26,949 bases of DNA from an uncultured Spirochaetota bacterium (GTDB taxonomy: Bacteria; Spirochaetota; B62-G9; DRHN01): contig CAZPCG010000002.1 in assembly GCA_964584875.1 (NCBI GenBank), forward strand, positions 1 through 26,949. Reading direction: 5' to 3'. Both the position numbers and the translations under genes were made by a program. The notes under the pieces were generated by a model, which was given only the letters and a program-made list of their open reading frames with translations, was not told where the DNA came from and ran no database searches. Shown one piece after another: positions 18,924-26,949 of this stretch (the first letter of the stretch is position 1; each line of letters begins with the position of its first letter).

Positions 18924-19244
18924 ATGAAGGATATAGTTACTGAAATACTTGAAACAGAAAAAAGGGTCGAAGAGCTTCTTCGCAGAGCCCGTGAGGAAAC
19001 CAGCAGCATAAAGCAGAATACCGAAAGGGATGCAAACCGGAGAATAGCCGATGCCAGAAGCCAGGCCCAGTCGATCATCAGGGATGCCGTGGCAAAGGCG
19101 GTAAAGGAAGCGGAGGAAACCCGTAAAAGAGCACTGCATCAGGCCGAGCAGGAAAGCAGGGTGAAGATTGACCGGGTGAAAGGATCCGTGGACGAGGTCG
19201 TTGAGCAGATCGTCGCGATGATACGGGGAGGGGTGTTCGAGTAA
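18924..19244 (+). CDS. V/A-type ATPase peripheral stalk subunit H/G
   Basis: 106-aa charged coiled coil (ILETEKRVEELLRRAREE); first gene of the operon. Confidence 0.75.
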   Translation: MKDIVTEILETEKRVEELLRRAREETSSIKQNTERDANRRIADARSQAQSIIRDAVAKAVKEAEETRKRALHQAEQESRVKIDRVKGSVDEVVEQIVAMIRGGVFE

Positions 19245-19250
19245 GGAAGG

Positions 19251-20324
19251 ATGCTGATGGCATCACAGGTTCAACGGTATGCTTTCATAAATGCGAAGCT
19301 CCGGGCGCGTATCTCAAAGCTCCTGGGCGAAAATCTCCTCGAGCGTTTTATAGATGCCCCGACATTTCACGACGCTCTGGCACTCCTCAGAGGCACTTCC
19401 TACAGCATGATTGGGGAAATCTACACCAAAACGGGGGACGTAAAAGCAGGGGAGTTGGGGCTTTTCAGGCAGGAAGTCGAGCTCTACCGCGAAATCGAGA
19501 AGTATGTAGAGCATGAAGTTCGTGATGTTGTGAGGGCGCTTGCTGCATCCTATGAGATTGAGAATCTGAAAACTGCGCTCCGTCACTTTTTTCGCCAGAG
19601 GATCAGGGAAGAGGGCAGTGGGAAAGAGCCTGAGTACCTCTTCTTAGAGAAGATCCTCCATGAATTTGATCCGATCAGAATCGCCGATGCTCCGGGTTTC
19701 ACCCGGATAATCGAGGAGCTCCGGGATACCCCCTACGGTCAGCTCGTCGAGGAGAACAGGGATGCGGTTGAGAGGGAACGCTCCCTCTTTCCACTTGAGA
19801 TTGCACTCGACCATTACTATTACAGGGAGCTCATCGCTTCTGCTGAGCGTTTGAACAAAACCGACCGCCGTGAAGCCCTCAGGCTCATCGGGGTTGAAAT
19901 TGACCTTCAAAATATAAACTGGATTATCCGCTTTAAAAGCTTTTACAACCTGCCTCTTGAAAAGGTTGTGGCACTAACCATTCCTTCGGGCTTCCGGGGC
20001 ACTGAGAAATCGGTAATGGAAGCGTATGCCTCCCAGAGCGTGGCCGGTATACTTGAGGGGGTCATAAAGAAAAAGTATCCAGGAGTTGCAACTCTCCTTG
20101 CAACACCCACCGCTGATACCCATTCCCGCCTCCTCCTGATAGAGCGCATCCTGGAGCAGATTCTTGTACATGAAGTGGGACGGATACTTGCAGGGTATCC
20201 CTTTACGATTGGCATCATCCTTTCCTATTTTATCTTAAAGAAGAATGAGGTGAGGATGATCAGGACCGTTTTGCTTGCAAAGCAGTACCGACTTCCGAAA
20301 GAGAGGATCAGGGGTCTTGTCTGA
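19251..20324 (+). CDS. atpC: V/A-type ATPase subunit C (d/AC39)
   Basis: YAFINAKLRARISKLL, LEIALDHYY and GVEIDLQNINWIIR patterns; 357 aa; operon context. Confidence 0.88.
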   Translation: MLMASQVQRYAFINAKLRARISKLLGENLLERFIDAPTFHDALALLRGTSYSMIGEIYTKTGDVKAGELGLFRQEVELYREIEKYVEHEVRDVVRALAASYEIENLKTALRHFFRQRIREEGSGKEPEYLFLEKILHEFDPIRIADAPGFTRIIEELRDTPYGQLVEENRDAVERERSLFPLEIALDHYYYRELIASAERLNKTDRREALRLIGVEIDLQNINWIIRFKSFYNLPLEKVVALTIPSGFRGTEKSVMEAYASQSVAGILEGVIKKKYPGVATLLATPTADTHSRLLLIERILEQILVHEVGRILAGYPFTIGIILSYFILKKNEVRMIRTVLLAKQYRLPKERIRGLV

Positions 20325-22402
20325 TGTTTACGACGCCGATGGTACAACTGCTCGCTGTCGTGCTTGATCGTGATGCTGACAGTGTCACCGAGGTGCTTCT
20401 GCGGGAGGGTGTCATGCATTTCATGAACGTGTCCGACGTGAAGGAGCGGTGGTCGGATAAGCTGCATGCAATAAATCCAAAGGTCTCACTGAACAGGATT
20501 GTGGAGACCAGGAAGCGTGTTGAAGGGCTGCTTGGGCAGGCAAACGGCCAGGAAGGTGTGGAGCCTGAAATTGTTGAAACCCGGTATCCCCAGCGTCCAC
20601 CATCAGCAGCGGAGCTCGATATCGGGGAAAGGGAGCCTTTGAACCTCGACGAGGAGACAAAAAGACTCGACAGCATAGTGAATGAGATCGAGCAGTTGAG
20701 AGAGAAACAGCGCAGAATCCAGCAGGAAATTGCAAGTTATTCTGAGATAAAATCGCAACTGGAGAAGTACGGCTCACGCCTCAGGGAGCGCGGCATAGGA
20801 GGACAGTACTCCTTCATCGCGATTCGCCTGGGACGCCTGCCGCACGACAGCATCGAGCTTTTTTCAAGCGAGCTCAGCACAACGCCCTCGGTTGCCATAC
20901 CGCTGCACACCGAGGAGGGATTTGATCATTTTCTGCTCGTGACAATGAAGCGGGATTCCGCTCATATCGAGGGCATACTTGAGAAGTCAGGCTGGGAAGA
21001 TGTTGAGGTCTCAAAGGATGTCGGTGACCTGCGGGCAGGTATCAGTGGCAATCTTGATGGAAAGATAGCACGTCTCAGAGAGGAGCACTCCAGGCTTGAG
21101 AATGAGAAGAGGGAGGTTGTCGAGAGGAACAGGAGCGGTTTGATCAAGCTGTGGAAGCAGCTCAGGATAAACGAGCTTTTCTATAAGATACAGACCTATT
21201 TCAGGAGAACCTCACGTACAGTTCTCTTTTCGGGGTGGCTGCCATCGGAGAAGCTTCCCCCGCTTGTAAGAGACATCGAATCCGCCACCCAGGGTCGTTG
21301 CTTCATTGAATGGAACGACCCGAAAGCGCTGTTGCGGCGGAAACTGGACCAGCTCAAACCCCCGGTTCAGCTTCGCAATCCTAAGTTTTTGACACCCTTT
21401 CAAATGCTCGTCACAAACTACGGGGTACCGGAGTACGGAACAATCGATCCAACCCCCTTCGTCATGGTTGCCTATCTCATCATGTTCGGGCTCATGTTTG
21501 CGGATGTTGGCCAGGGGTTGATACTCATGCTTCTAGGGATTATCGGAACCATGCTCATCAGGGCACAGAAGGAGGGGTTGAAAAACCTTTCGAAGTTGAT
21601 AATCTGGTGTGGCATGGCTTCGGTAGTCACCGGAGTGCTGTTTGGCTCCTATTTCGGTATGGAGTGGACGAAGCCTCTGTGGTTTGATTTCCACGGTATC
21701 GTTTTAGGGAGTCCCCATAAGCGATCCTTTGTGAATGATATTTTCGACATTCTTACCATAACGGTCATCTTTGGCATTGCCGTTATAGGGGTTGGCCTCC
21801 TGTTCAACTGGATCAACCTTTTCAGAAAGGGTAAGTGGGTAGAGCTCATTCTGGATAGAGGCGGGCTGATCGGTGGGTGGCTATTTGCCGGAGGCATCTA
21901 TACGGCATGGTATCTTGTCCGGCATGGATATCGAAGCCTTCCGCAGGCTTCGCCACTCTTCTACGCCGTGGGCCTGCCTGCTGTTATGATATTCGTAAAG
22001 CATCCCCTGCTCTTTGCCCTCGAGCGAGAGAGGGGTAGCGGGGAACCTTTCACCATGTTCACTCCTCTTCACTTCATAATGGAAGGGGTGGTCGAGCTCC
22101 TTGAGGTATTCAGCGGATATCTCTCGAATACCCTGTCGTTCATGCGAGTTGCGGGTCTGGGGATAGCCCATGTTAGCCTGATGACCGCCTTCTTTGAGCT
22201 TGCCAGGATGGCAGCCCGTGGAGGTGGATACAGCGTCTGGTCAGTTCTCATCCTGATCTGCGGGAATGTGCTCGTCATCGGGCTTGAGGGATTGTCTGCA
22301 GGGGTTCAGTCCCTCCGACTGAACTACTATGAGTTCTTTACGAAGTTTTTCAGCGGAACCGGTAGGCTCTATTCACCCGTTTCGCTGCGAAGCCGTGGTT
22401 GA
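20324..22402 (+). CDS. atpI: V/A-type ATPase subunit I (a)
   Basis: Soluble N-terminal half, SGWLP, YGVPEYGTIDPTP, FGLMFADVGQG, essential Arg in NTLSFMRV, and LRLNYYEFFTKF. Confidence 0.95.
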   Translation: MFTTPMVQLLAVVLDRDADSVTEVLLREGVMHFMNVSDVKERWSDKLHAINPKVSLNRIVETRKRVEGLLGQANGQEGVEPEIVETRYPQRPPSAAELDIGEREPLNLDEETKRLDSIVNEIEQLREKQRRIQQEIASYSEIKSQLEKYGSRLRERGIGGQYSFIAIRLGRLPHDSIELFSSELSTTPSVAIPLHTEEGFDHFLLVTMKRDSAHIEGILEKSGWEDVEVSKDVGDLRAGISGNLDGKIARLREEHSRLENEKREVVERNRSGLIKLWKQLRINELFYKIQTYFRRTSRTVLFSGWLPSEKLPPLVRDIESATQGRCFIEWNDPKALLRRKLDQLKPPVQLRNPKFLTPFQMLVTNYGVPEYGTIDPTPFVMVAYLIMFGLMFADVGQGLILMLLGIIGTMLIRAQKEGLKNLSKLIIWCGMASVVTGVLFGSYFGMEWTKPLWFDFHGIVLGSPHKRSFVNDIFDILTITVIFGIAVIGVGLLFNWINLFRKGKWVELILDRGGLIGGWLFAGGIYTAWYLVRHGYRSLPQASPLFYAVGLPAVMIFVKHPLLFALERERGSGEPFTMFTPLHFIMEGVVELLEVFSGYLSNTLSFMRVAGLGIAHVSLMTAFFELARMAARGGGYSVWSVLILICGNVLVIGLEGLSAGVQSLRLNYYEFFTKFFSGTGRLYSPVSLRSRG

Positions 22403-22419
22403 AGCAGGATGGCGGCAGC

Positions 22420-22452
22420 AATATCCGAGTGATATCCGGGTAATATCCGGTG
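22420..22452 (+). repeat. 3 x 11-bp direct repeat upstream of the subunit K RBS
   Basis: aATATCCGagt / gATATCCGggt / aATATCCGgtg, with the ATATCCG core at 22421, 22432 and 22443. Confidence 0.85.
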
Positions 22453-22464
22453 GAGGAAATCAAC

Positions 22465-22872
22465 ATGAATGGTAGTGACCCGAGAGTTGAGAGAAGAAAA
22501 CAGCTGAGGAATCGCATTCTTGTAAGCGTTGCAGTACTTTTTTCTGTTCTTGCCATTGCCGGTATGATCGCTGGTGTAAGACTCTTTGCTCAGGAGGGAG
22601 GGCCGGGCGTCGAGGGAGCAGTGGCGGTTCAACCCTCTGTTTCTGGTGAGCGGGCAGAGGTTTCAAAGTTTGCCTTCATTGCTGCCGCAGTGGCCTTCGG
22701 GCTCGGGGCGCTCGGTGCCGGCCTTGCGATCGGCAATGTTGGGGCTGCAGCCATGGGGGCTGTCGCTGAGAAGCCAGAGATAGCCGGGCAGGCCCTGATA
22801 TTCGTCGCACTGGCAGAGGGGCTTGTCATATTCGGCTTCATCACTGCACTGATGATCCTGGGTAAGGTGTGA
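22465..22872 (+). CDS. atpK: V/A-type ATPase proteolipid subunit K/c (single hairpin with N-terminal extension)
   Basis: Gly/Ala-rich hairpin, AVAEKPE loop and conserved Glu in VALAEGL. GGAGGA RBS lies 7 nt before ATG22465. Confidence 0.93.
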   Translation: MNGSDPRVERRKQLRNRILVSVAVLFSVLAIAGMIAGVRLFAQEGGPGVEGAVAVQPSVSGERAEVSKFAFIAAAVAFGLGALGAGLAIGNVGAAAMGAVAEKPEIAGQALIFVALAEGLVIFGFITALMILGKV

Positions 22873-22892
22873 TGTGATGGTGGAGTGAAAAC

Positions 22893-23198
22893 GTGAAGTA
22901 CTTCGTCATAGGCGATGAAAATACCGTTTTAGGATTTTCCATTGCCGGTGTTGGGGGCCAGGTTGTACAGAGCAAAGAGCAGGCCCAAAGGGCTTTTGAG
23001 GAGGCGCTGAAGGACGAATCTATTGGCATCATCATCGTAACAGAGCGAACGGCGGATCTCATCAGGTCGATTGTCAACCGGTATACCTTCGTGGAGCGTT
23101 TTCCCCTCCTGGTCGAAATACCGGACAGGGAAGGCCCGAAGGCAGACCGTCCCGGCATACGCGACATGGTGACTGCGGCAATTGGAATCAAGCTGTGA
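22893..23198 (+). CDS. atpF: V/A-type ATPase subunit F
   Basis: VIGDENTVLGFSIAGV, IGIIIVTE and PLLVEIPD. Confidence 0.93.
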   Translation: MKYFVIGDENTVLGFSIAGVGGQVVQSKEQAQRAFEEALKDESIGIIIVTERTADLIRSIVNRYTFVERFPLLVEIPDREGPKADRPGIRDMVTAAIGIKL

Positions 23199-23213
23199 GG
23201 AAGCGAGGTCGTG

Positions 23214-23885
23214 ATGACAGAACGGGGAGCCAGCTCTGACCCTGGATCGGAAAAGAAGGAAGGGGAGGGAAAGGGAGCGCTGATAACGGGTATTGAGCAG
23301 GAAGCATCAGGTGAGGCTGAGCGGATCATCGCTGATGCGAAAAAGCAGGCAGAGGAGCGGATAGCAGGCGCCCAGCGCCAGGCTCAATCGATTCTGGAAG
23401 AAGCAGGCCGGCGGGCAGAAGAGCAGTCGCGCAATGCCAGAGCAAAGATACTTGCGGGCTTGAAGATAGAGATAAAACGAAGATCGATGCGTGTGAGGGA
23501 ATCGGTTTTACAGGAGGCAATAGGGCGGGCAAAGAGTGAGGTTCGCGCGATGGCGTCCAGGCCCGGGTACAGGGAGGTGCTGCAGAACTGGATTGTTGAG
23601 GCCGCCGTCGGTCTTGGGGCAGGGTCGGCAGTGGTAAATGGATCGGCTTTGGAACGTCCACTCATCGATGACGCGATGCTTCGGTCCGCCTGCCGGAGGG
23701 TGAGGGAGCTTACAGGAAGAGAAGTGCGGCTTGAGCTTTCAGGAGACCCACCGATGACAAGGCAGGGCGTGGTTCTCACGGCATCCGATGGAAAAACGGC
23801 TTTCAACAACCAGGTCGAAACGAGGTTTGTGCGCTACCATCCCCGGATTCGCAGTCTTATCTACGAGAAACTCTTCGGGGAATAG
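23214..23885 (+). CDS. atpE: V/A-type ATPase subunit E
   Basis: N-terminal coiled coil followed by GVVLTASDGKTAFNNQVETR; operon position. GTG23211 is an alternative start. Confidence 0.85.
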   Translation: MTERGASSDPGSEKKEGEGKGALITGIEQEASGEAERIIADAKKQAEERIAGAQRQAQSILEEAGRRAEEQSRNARAKILAGLKIEIKRRSMRVRESVLQEAIGRAKSEVRAMASRPGYREVLQNWIVEAAVGLGAGSAVVNGSALERPLIDDAMLRSACRRVRELTGREVRLELSGDPPMTRQGVVLTASDGKTAFNNQVETRFVRYHPRIRSLIYEKLFGE

Positions 23886-23919
23886 TCGCATGGCCAGACT
23901 TAAGCGTGGAGAGTGGTGC

Positions 23920-25686
23920 ATGGAGAGGGTTGTCGGACAGGTGTACCGGGTGAACGGCCCGGTTATAGAGGCGATGGGCGTCAAAGAGGCCATGATGTTC
24001 GAGCTCGTGAGGGTTGGGGAGCAGCATCTTGTGGGGGAGATCATCAAGCTTGAGAGGGAGAGAGCAATCATTCAGGTTTATGAGGATACTACAGGCATTG
24101 CCCCTCTCGATCCGGTATACGGGTCGGGAATGCCGCTCTCCGTGGAGCTTGGGCCGGGGCTGATCGGCACCATCTATGACGGCATTCAGAGGCCCCTTGA
24201 GGATATAAGAAATCTTTCGGGCGAATACATAGAGCGGGGGGTTCAGCTTCCCTCCCTCAACAGGAACGTAAGGTGGGAGTTTCACCCGCTCCTTTCCCCT
24301 GACGATCAGGTGTCAGGGGGGACTGTCATCGGCACGGTGCAGGAAACCGAACGCGTTGAGCAGAGGATAATGGTGCCGCCTGGACTGGAGGGTGTTATTG
24401 AGTTCATCGTTCCTGAGGGTGAGTACGCCGTTGATGAGCCTGTTGCCAGGATGCGAACCGAGGACGGGGTGAGTGAGCTTTTCCTCCTGCACCGCTGGCC
24501 CATACGAAGGCCGAGGCCGGTGCGCAGGAGGCTCCCCCCTGACCTTCCGTTGATTACAGGCCAGAGGGTGATCGACACCCTGTTCCCCGTGGCAAAGGGG
24601 GGGACGGTTGCCGTGCCGGGCGGGTTTGGGACAGGCAAGACCATGACCCAGCAGGCCCTTGCGAAGTGGTGCGATGCGGACATCATCGTCTACATCGGCT
24701 GCGGTGAGCGTGGGAACGAGATGACCGATGTACTGACGGAGTTTCCAGAGCTGACCGATCCTCGCACGGGCAGAACGCTCATGGAGCGGACGGTTCTCAT
24801 CGCCAATACCTCGAACATGCCGGTATCGGCACGGGAGGCAAGCATTTACACGGGCGTGACAATAGCCGAGTACTTCCGCGATCAGGGGTATCATGTCGCC
24901 GTCATGGCAGATTCAACCTCTCGCTGGGCCGAGGCGCTCAGGGAACTGGGGGGAAGGATGGAGGAAATGCCGGCGGAGGAGGGTTTCCCCGCCTATCTCC
25001 CGACTCGCGTGGCTGAGTTCTACGAGCGGGCAGGACACGTGGAGACCCTGTCCGGGGGAATAGGCTCGGTCACCATAGTGGGCGCCGTATCTCCGCCAGG
25101 AGGGGATTTTTCCGAGCCCGTCACCCAGCATACGAAGAGATTTGTTCGATGTTTCTGGTCCCTCGATAAGGGCCTTGCAAATGCGCGGCACTATCCCTCC
25201 ATCTCCTGGCTTGAAAGCTACAGTGAGTACCTGAACGATATCGGTGCCTGGTGGGAGCGGCATATTAGCGGCGAGTGGGTGAAGGACCGCAGGGATATTA
25301 TGGACCTTCTGCTCAGGGAGGTGAAGCTCCAGCAGGTTGTGAAGCTGGTCGGGCCTGACGCCCTGCCCGACAGTCAGCGCTTCATCCTCGGTGTGTGCAC
25401 CCTGTTCAAGAATGGCTTTCTCCAGCAGAATGCCTTTGATGAGATCGACCGCTACTCGACCCTTGAGAAGCAGGTGAAGATGCTGAGTATAATACTGACC
25501 TACTACAGGAGGGGGGCGGAGGCGATAAAGCGGGGTGTAACGCTCGTGAAGCTTCGCCGCATGAAGGTGTACCAGGATATCGTCAAGATGAAGTTTACCG
25601 TGCCCAACGATGATCTTTCAGAGCTTGACAGAATAGAGGCAAGGCTTGAGCGTTCCATGGAACAGCTTGAGGCGATCTATGCCTGA
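23920..25686 (+). CDS. atpA: V/A-type ATPase catalytic subunit A
   Basis: VNGPVI, PLITGQRVIDTLFP, P-loop GGFGTGKT, GCGERGNE, ADSTSRWAEALRE and PAEEGFPAYL. GGAGAG RBS favours ATG23920. Confidence 0.98.
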   Translation: MERVVGQVYRVNGPVIEAMGVKEAMMFELVRVGEQHLVGEIIKLERERAIIQVYEDTTGIAPLDPVYGSGMPLSVELGPGLIGTIYDGIQRPLEDIRNLSGEYIERGVQLPSLNRNVRWEFHPLLSPDDQVSGGTVIGTVQETERVEQRIMVPPGLEGVIEFIVPEGEYAVDEPVARMRTEDGVSELFLLHRWPIRRPRPVRRRLPPDLPLITGQRVIDTLFPVAKGGTVAVPGGFGTGKTMTQQALAKWCDADIIVYIGCGERGNEMTDVLTEFPELTDPRTGRTLMERTVLIANTSNMPVSAREASIYTGVTIAEYFRDQGYHVAVMADSTSRWAEALRELGGRMEEMPAEEGFPAYLPTRVAEFYERAGHVETLSGGIGSVTIVGAVSPPGGDFSEPVTQHTKRFVRCFWSLDKGLANARHYPSISWLESYSEYLNDIGAWWERHISGEWVKDRRDIMDLLLREVKLQQVVKLVGPDALPDSQRFILGVCTLFKNGFLQQNAFDEIDRYSTLEKQVKMLSIILTYYRRGAEAIKRGVTLVKLRRMKVYQDIVKMKFTVPNDDLSELDRIEARLERSMEQLEAIYA

Positions 25687-25747
25687 AGTGACGGGGCCGA
25701 CCCTAGCCGTCCGAGCTGAATGCGATTTTATATCGAGTAAAGATTAA

Positions 25748-25836
25748 GCGAACTTCGAGTTTTCATTATAAACAAAATGGACCAATACATTATCATGAAT
25801 TTATAATAGGGCAGGTACATAAAATTCGAAGTTCGC
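25748..25836. repeat. 89-bp AT-rich element bounded by 16-bp inverted repeats (MITE-like or RNA hairpin)
   Basis: GCGAACTTCGAGTTTT (25748-25763) and AAAATTCGAAGTTCGC (25821-25836) match at 15/16, and the mismatch can form a G-U pair. No target-site duplication seen. Confidence 0.7.
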
Positions 25837-25886
25837 AGGCACTGCCAGGTCTATGATTACCTTTTTTTTTACAGGAGTAACTGAGG

Positions 25887-26949
25887 ATGACCGATGTTTC
25901 GGGGGAACGAAATTCCCTGTCACAAAATCCACCTGGTGAATCTCATGGGCATCTTTCGAAGAGTTTACATGAGATAGAAAGGGAACTCATAAAGGGCAGG
26001 GAATACATCGGCGTTGAAAAGATCGATGGTCCCCTCCTCTTTGTGAGGAACACACATCCGGTCGGGTACCGCGAGCTCATCGAGTGTATGGATGCTGAGG
26101 GTAATACAAGGCTCGGTATAGTGCTTGAAACCTCCCGTGATATGGTCGTTGCCCAGATCTTCGAGGGCACAACGGGTCTCACCATACCGAAGACCAGGGT
26201 GCGGTTTACAGGCGGCCCGCTTGAGGTTTTTGTCTCGCGTGATATGCTCGGGCGCATCTTCAACGGGCTCGGCCATCCGATCGACGGCGGCCCTCCGCCC
26301 CGGGGAGAGGTTCTGCTAAACGTCAACGGAAGGCCGATTAACCCCACGGCGAGGGAGTATCCCAGGGACTTCATCCAGACGGGAATCTCTGCGATTGACG
26401 GGATGAACACCCTTATCCGCGGTCAGAAGCTGCCCATCTTCTCGGGGAACGGCCTCCCACACAACGAGCTTGCGGCCCAGATTGCCCGTCAGGCCAAGAT
26501 TCGCGGGGAGGAGGCTCAGTTCGCCTGCGTGTTTGCGGCGATGGGCGTCAAGCACGACGTGGCGCAGTTCTTCATCCGCTCCTTCGAGGACTCCGGCGTT
26601 CTTGAAAACGTAGCCCTGTTTCTCTCGCTGGCGGATGATCCATCCATAGAGCGGCTTATCACACCGCGCACTGCGCTCACCCTTGCCGAGTACCTCGCTT
26701 TCCATGAAGAGATGCACGTGCTCGTCGTCATGACTGACATGACTAACTACTGCGAGTCCCTGAGGGAGATCTCAACGATACGCGGTGAGATACCCTCCAG
26801 GAAGGGGTACCCTGGCTATCTCTATTCCGACCTTGCCGAGGTTTATGAGCGCTCCGGGATGCTTAAGGGGTGCAGGGGTTCAATAACGCTGCTCCCCATC
26901 CTGTCCATGCCAAACGATGATATCTCCCACCCTGTGCCTGACCTGACCG
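25887..26949 (+). CDS. atpB: V/A-type ATPase subunit B (partial; runs off the window end, absent from the ORF track)
   Basis: Translated by hand from ATG25887 (AGGAG RBS at 25873-25877): [70 protein letters not shown] and [14 protein letters not shown]. Confidence 0.96.
   Translation, partial: MTDVSGERNSLSQNPPGESHGHLSKSLHEIERELIKGREYIGVEKIDGPLLFVRNTHPVGYRELIECMDAEGNTRLGIVLETSRDMVVAQIFEGTTGLTIPKTRVRFTGGPLEVFVSRDMLGRIFNGLGHPIDGGPPPRGEVLLNVNGRPINPTAREYPRDFIQTGISAIDGMNTLIRGQKLPIFSGNGLPHNELAAQIARQAKIRGEEAQFACVFAAMGVKHDVAQFFIRSFEDSGVLENVALFLSLADDPSIERLITPRTALTLAEYLAFHEEMHVLVVMTDMTNYCESLREISTIRGEIPSRKGYPGYLYSDLAEVYERSGMLKGCRGSITLLPILSMPNDDISHPVPDLT

Noticed and set aside
25690-25711. Hairpin after the atpA stop as an intrinsic terminator
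   Set aside because: Only a 5-bp outer stem with a large bulge and no adjacent U-tract.
23920-26949. Higher GC of atpA/atpB as evidence of horizontal transfer
   Set aside because: Spot counts show pyrG is also GC-rich while the membrane kinase is AT-rich, so the pattern follows gene type rather than an island boundary.

Overview
This is mostly a housekeeping region, probably from a Spirochaetota-like diderm. That call is inferred from the combination of RNase Y, HprK/HPr, Lpt, sigma54 and a V/A-type ATPase. Bases 118-17582 form one tightly packed + strand run: rny, ymdB-like phosphoesterase, tlyA, pyrG, lptC-lptA-lptB, rpoN, hpf, hprK, ptsH, two paralogous exported membrane proteins, a DUF4390-like protein, an NtrY/NtrX-like two-component pair, holA and a PfkB sugar kinase. 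A lone ilvC lies on the - strand. Divergent from it is a V/A-type ATPase operon (H/G-C-I-K-F-E-A-B), with B cut by the window end. I found no rRNA, tRNA, CRISPR array, transposase or integrase, and no clear-cut new multi-gene system. The best leads are: (1) a KARI whose cofactor loop looks NADH-type; (2) a tandem pair of Borrelia P13/DUF5683-like proteins beside a PAS-less NtrY-like kinase carrying a periplasmic CxxC; (3) an 89-bp element bounded by inverted repeats between ATPase A and B; (4) several small repeats and motifs, including a sigma54 -24/-12 match. All family calls come from motif recognition by eye, not database searches.
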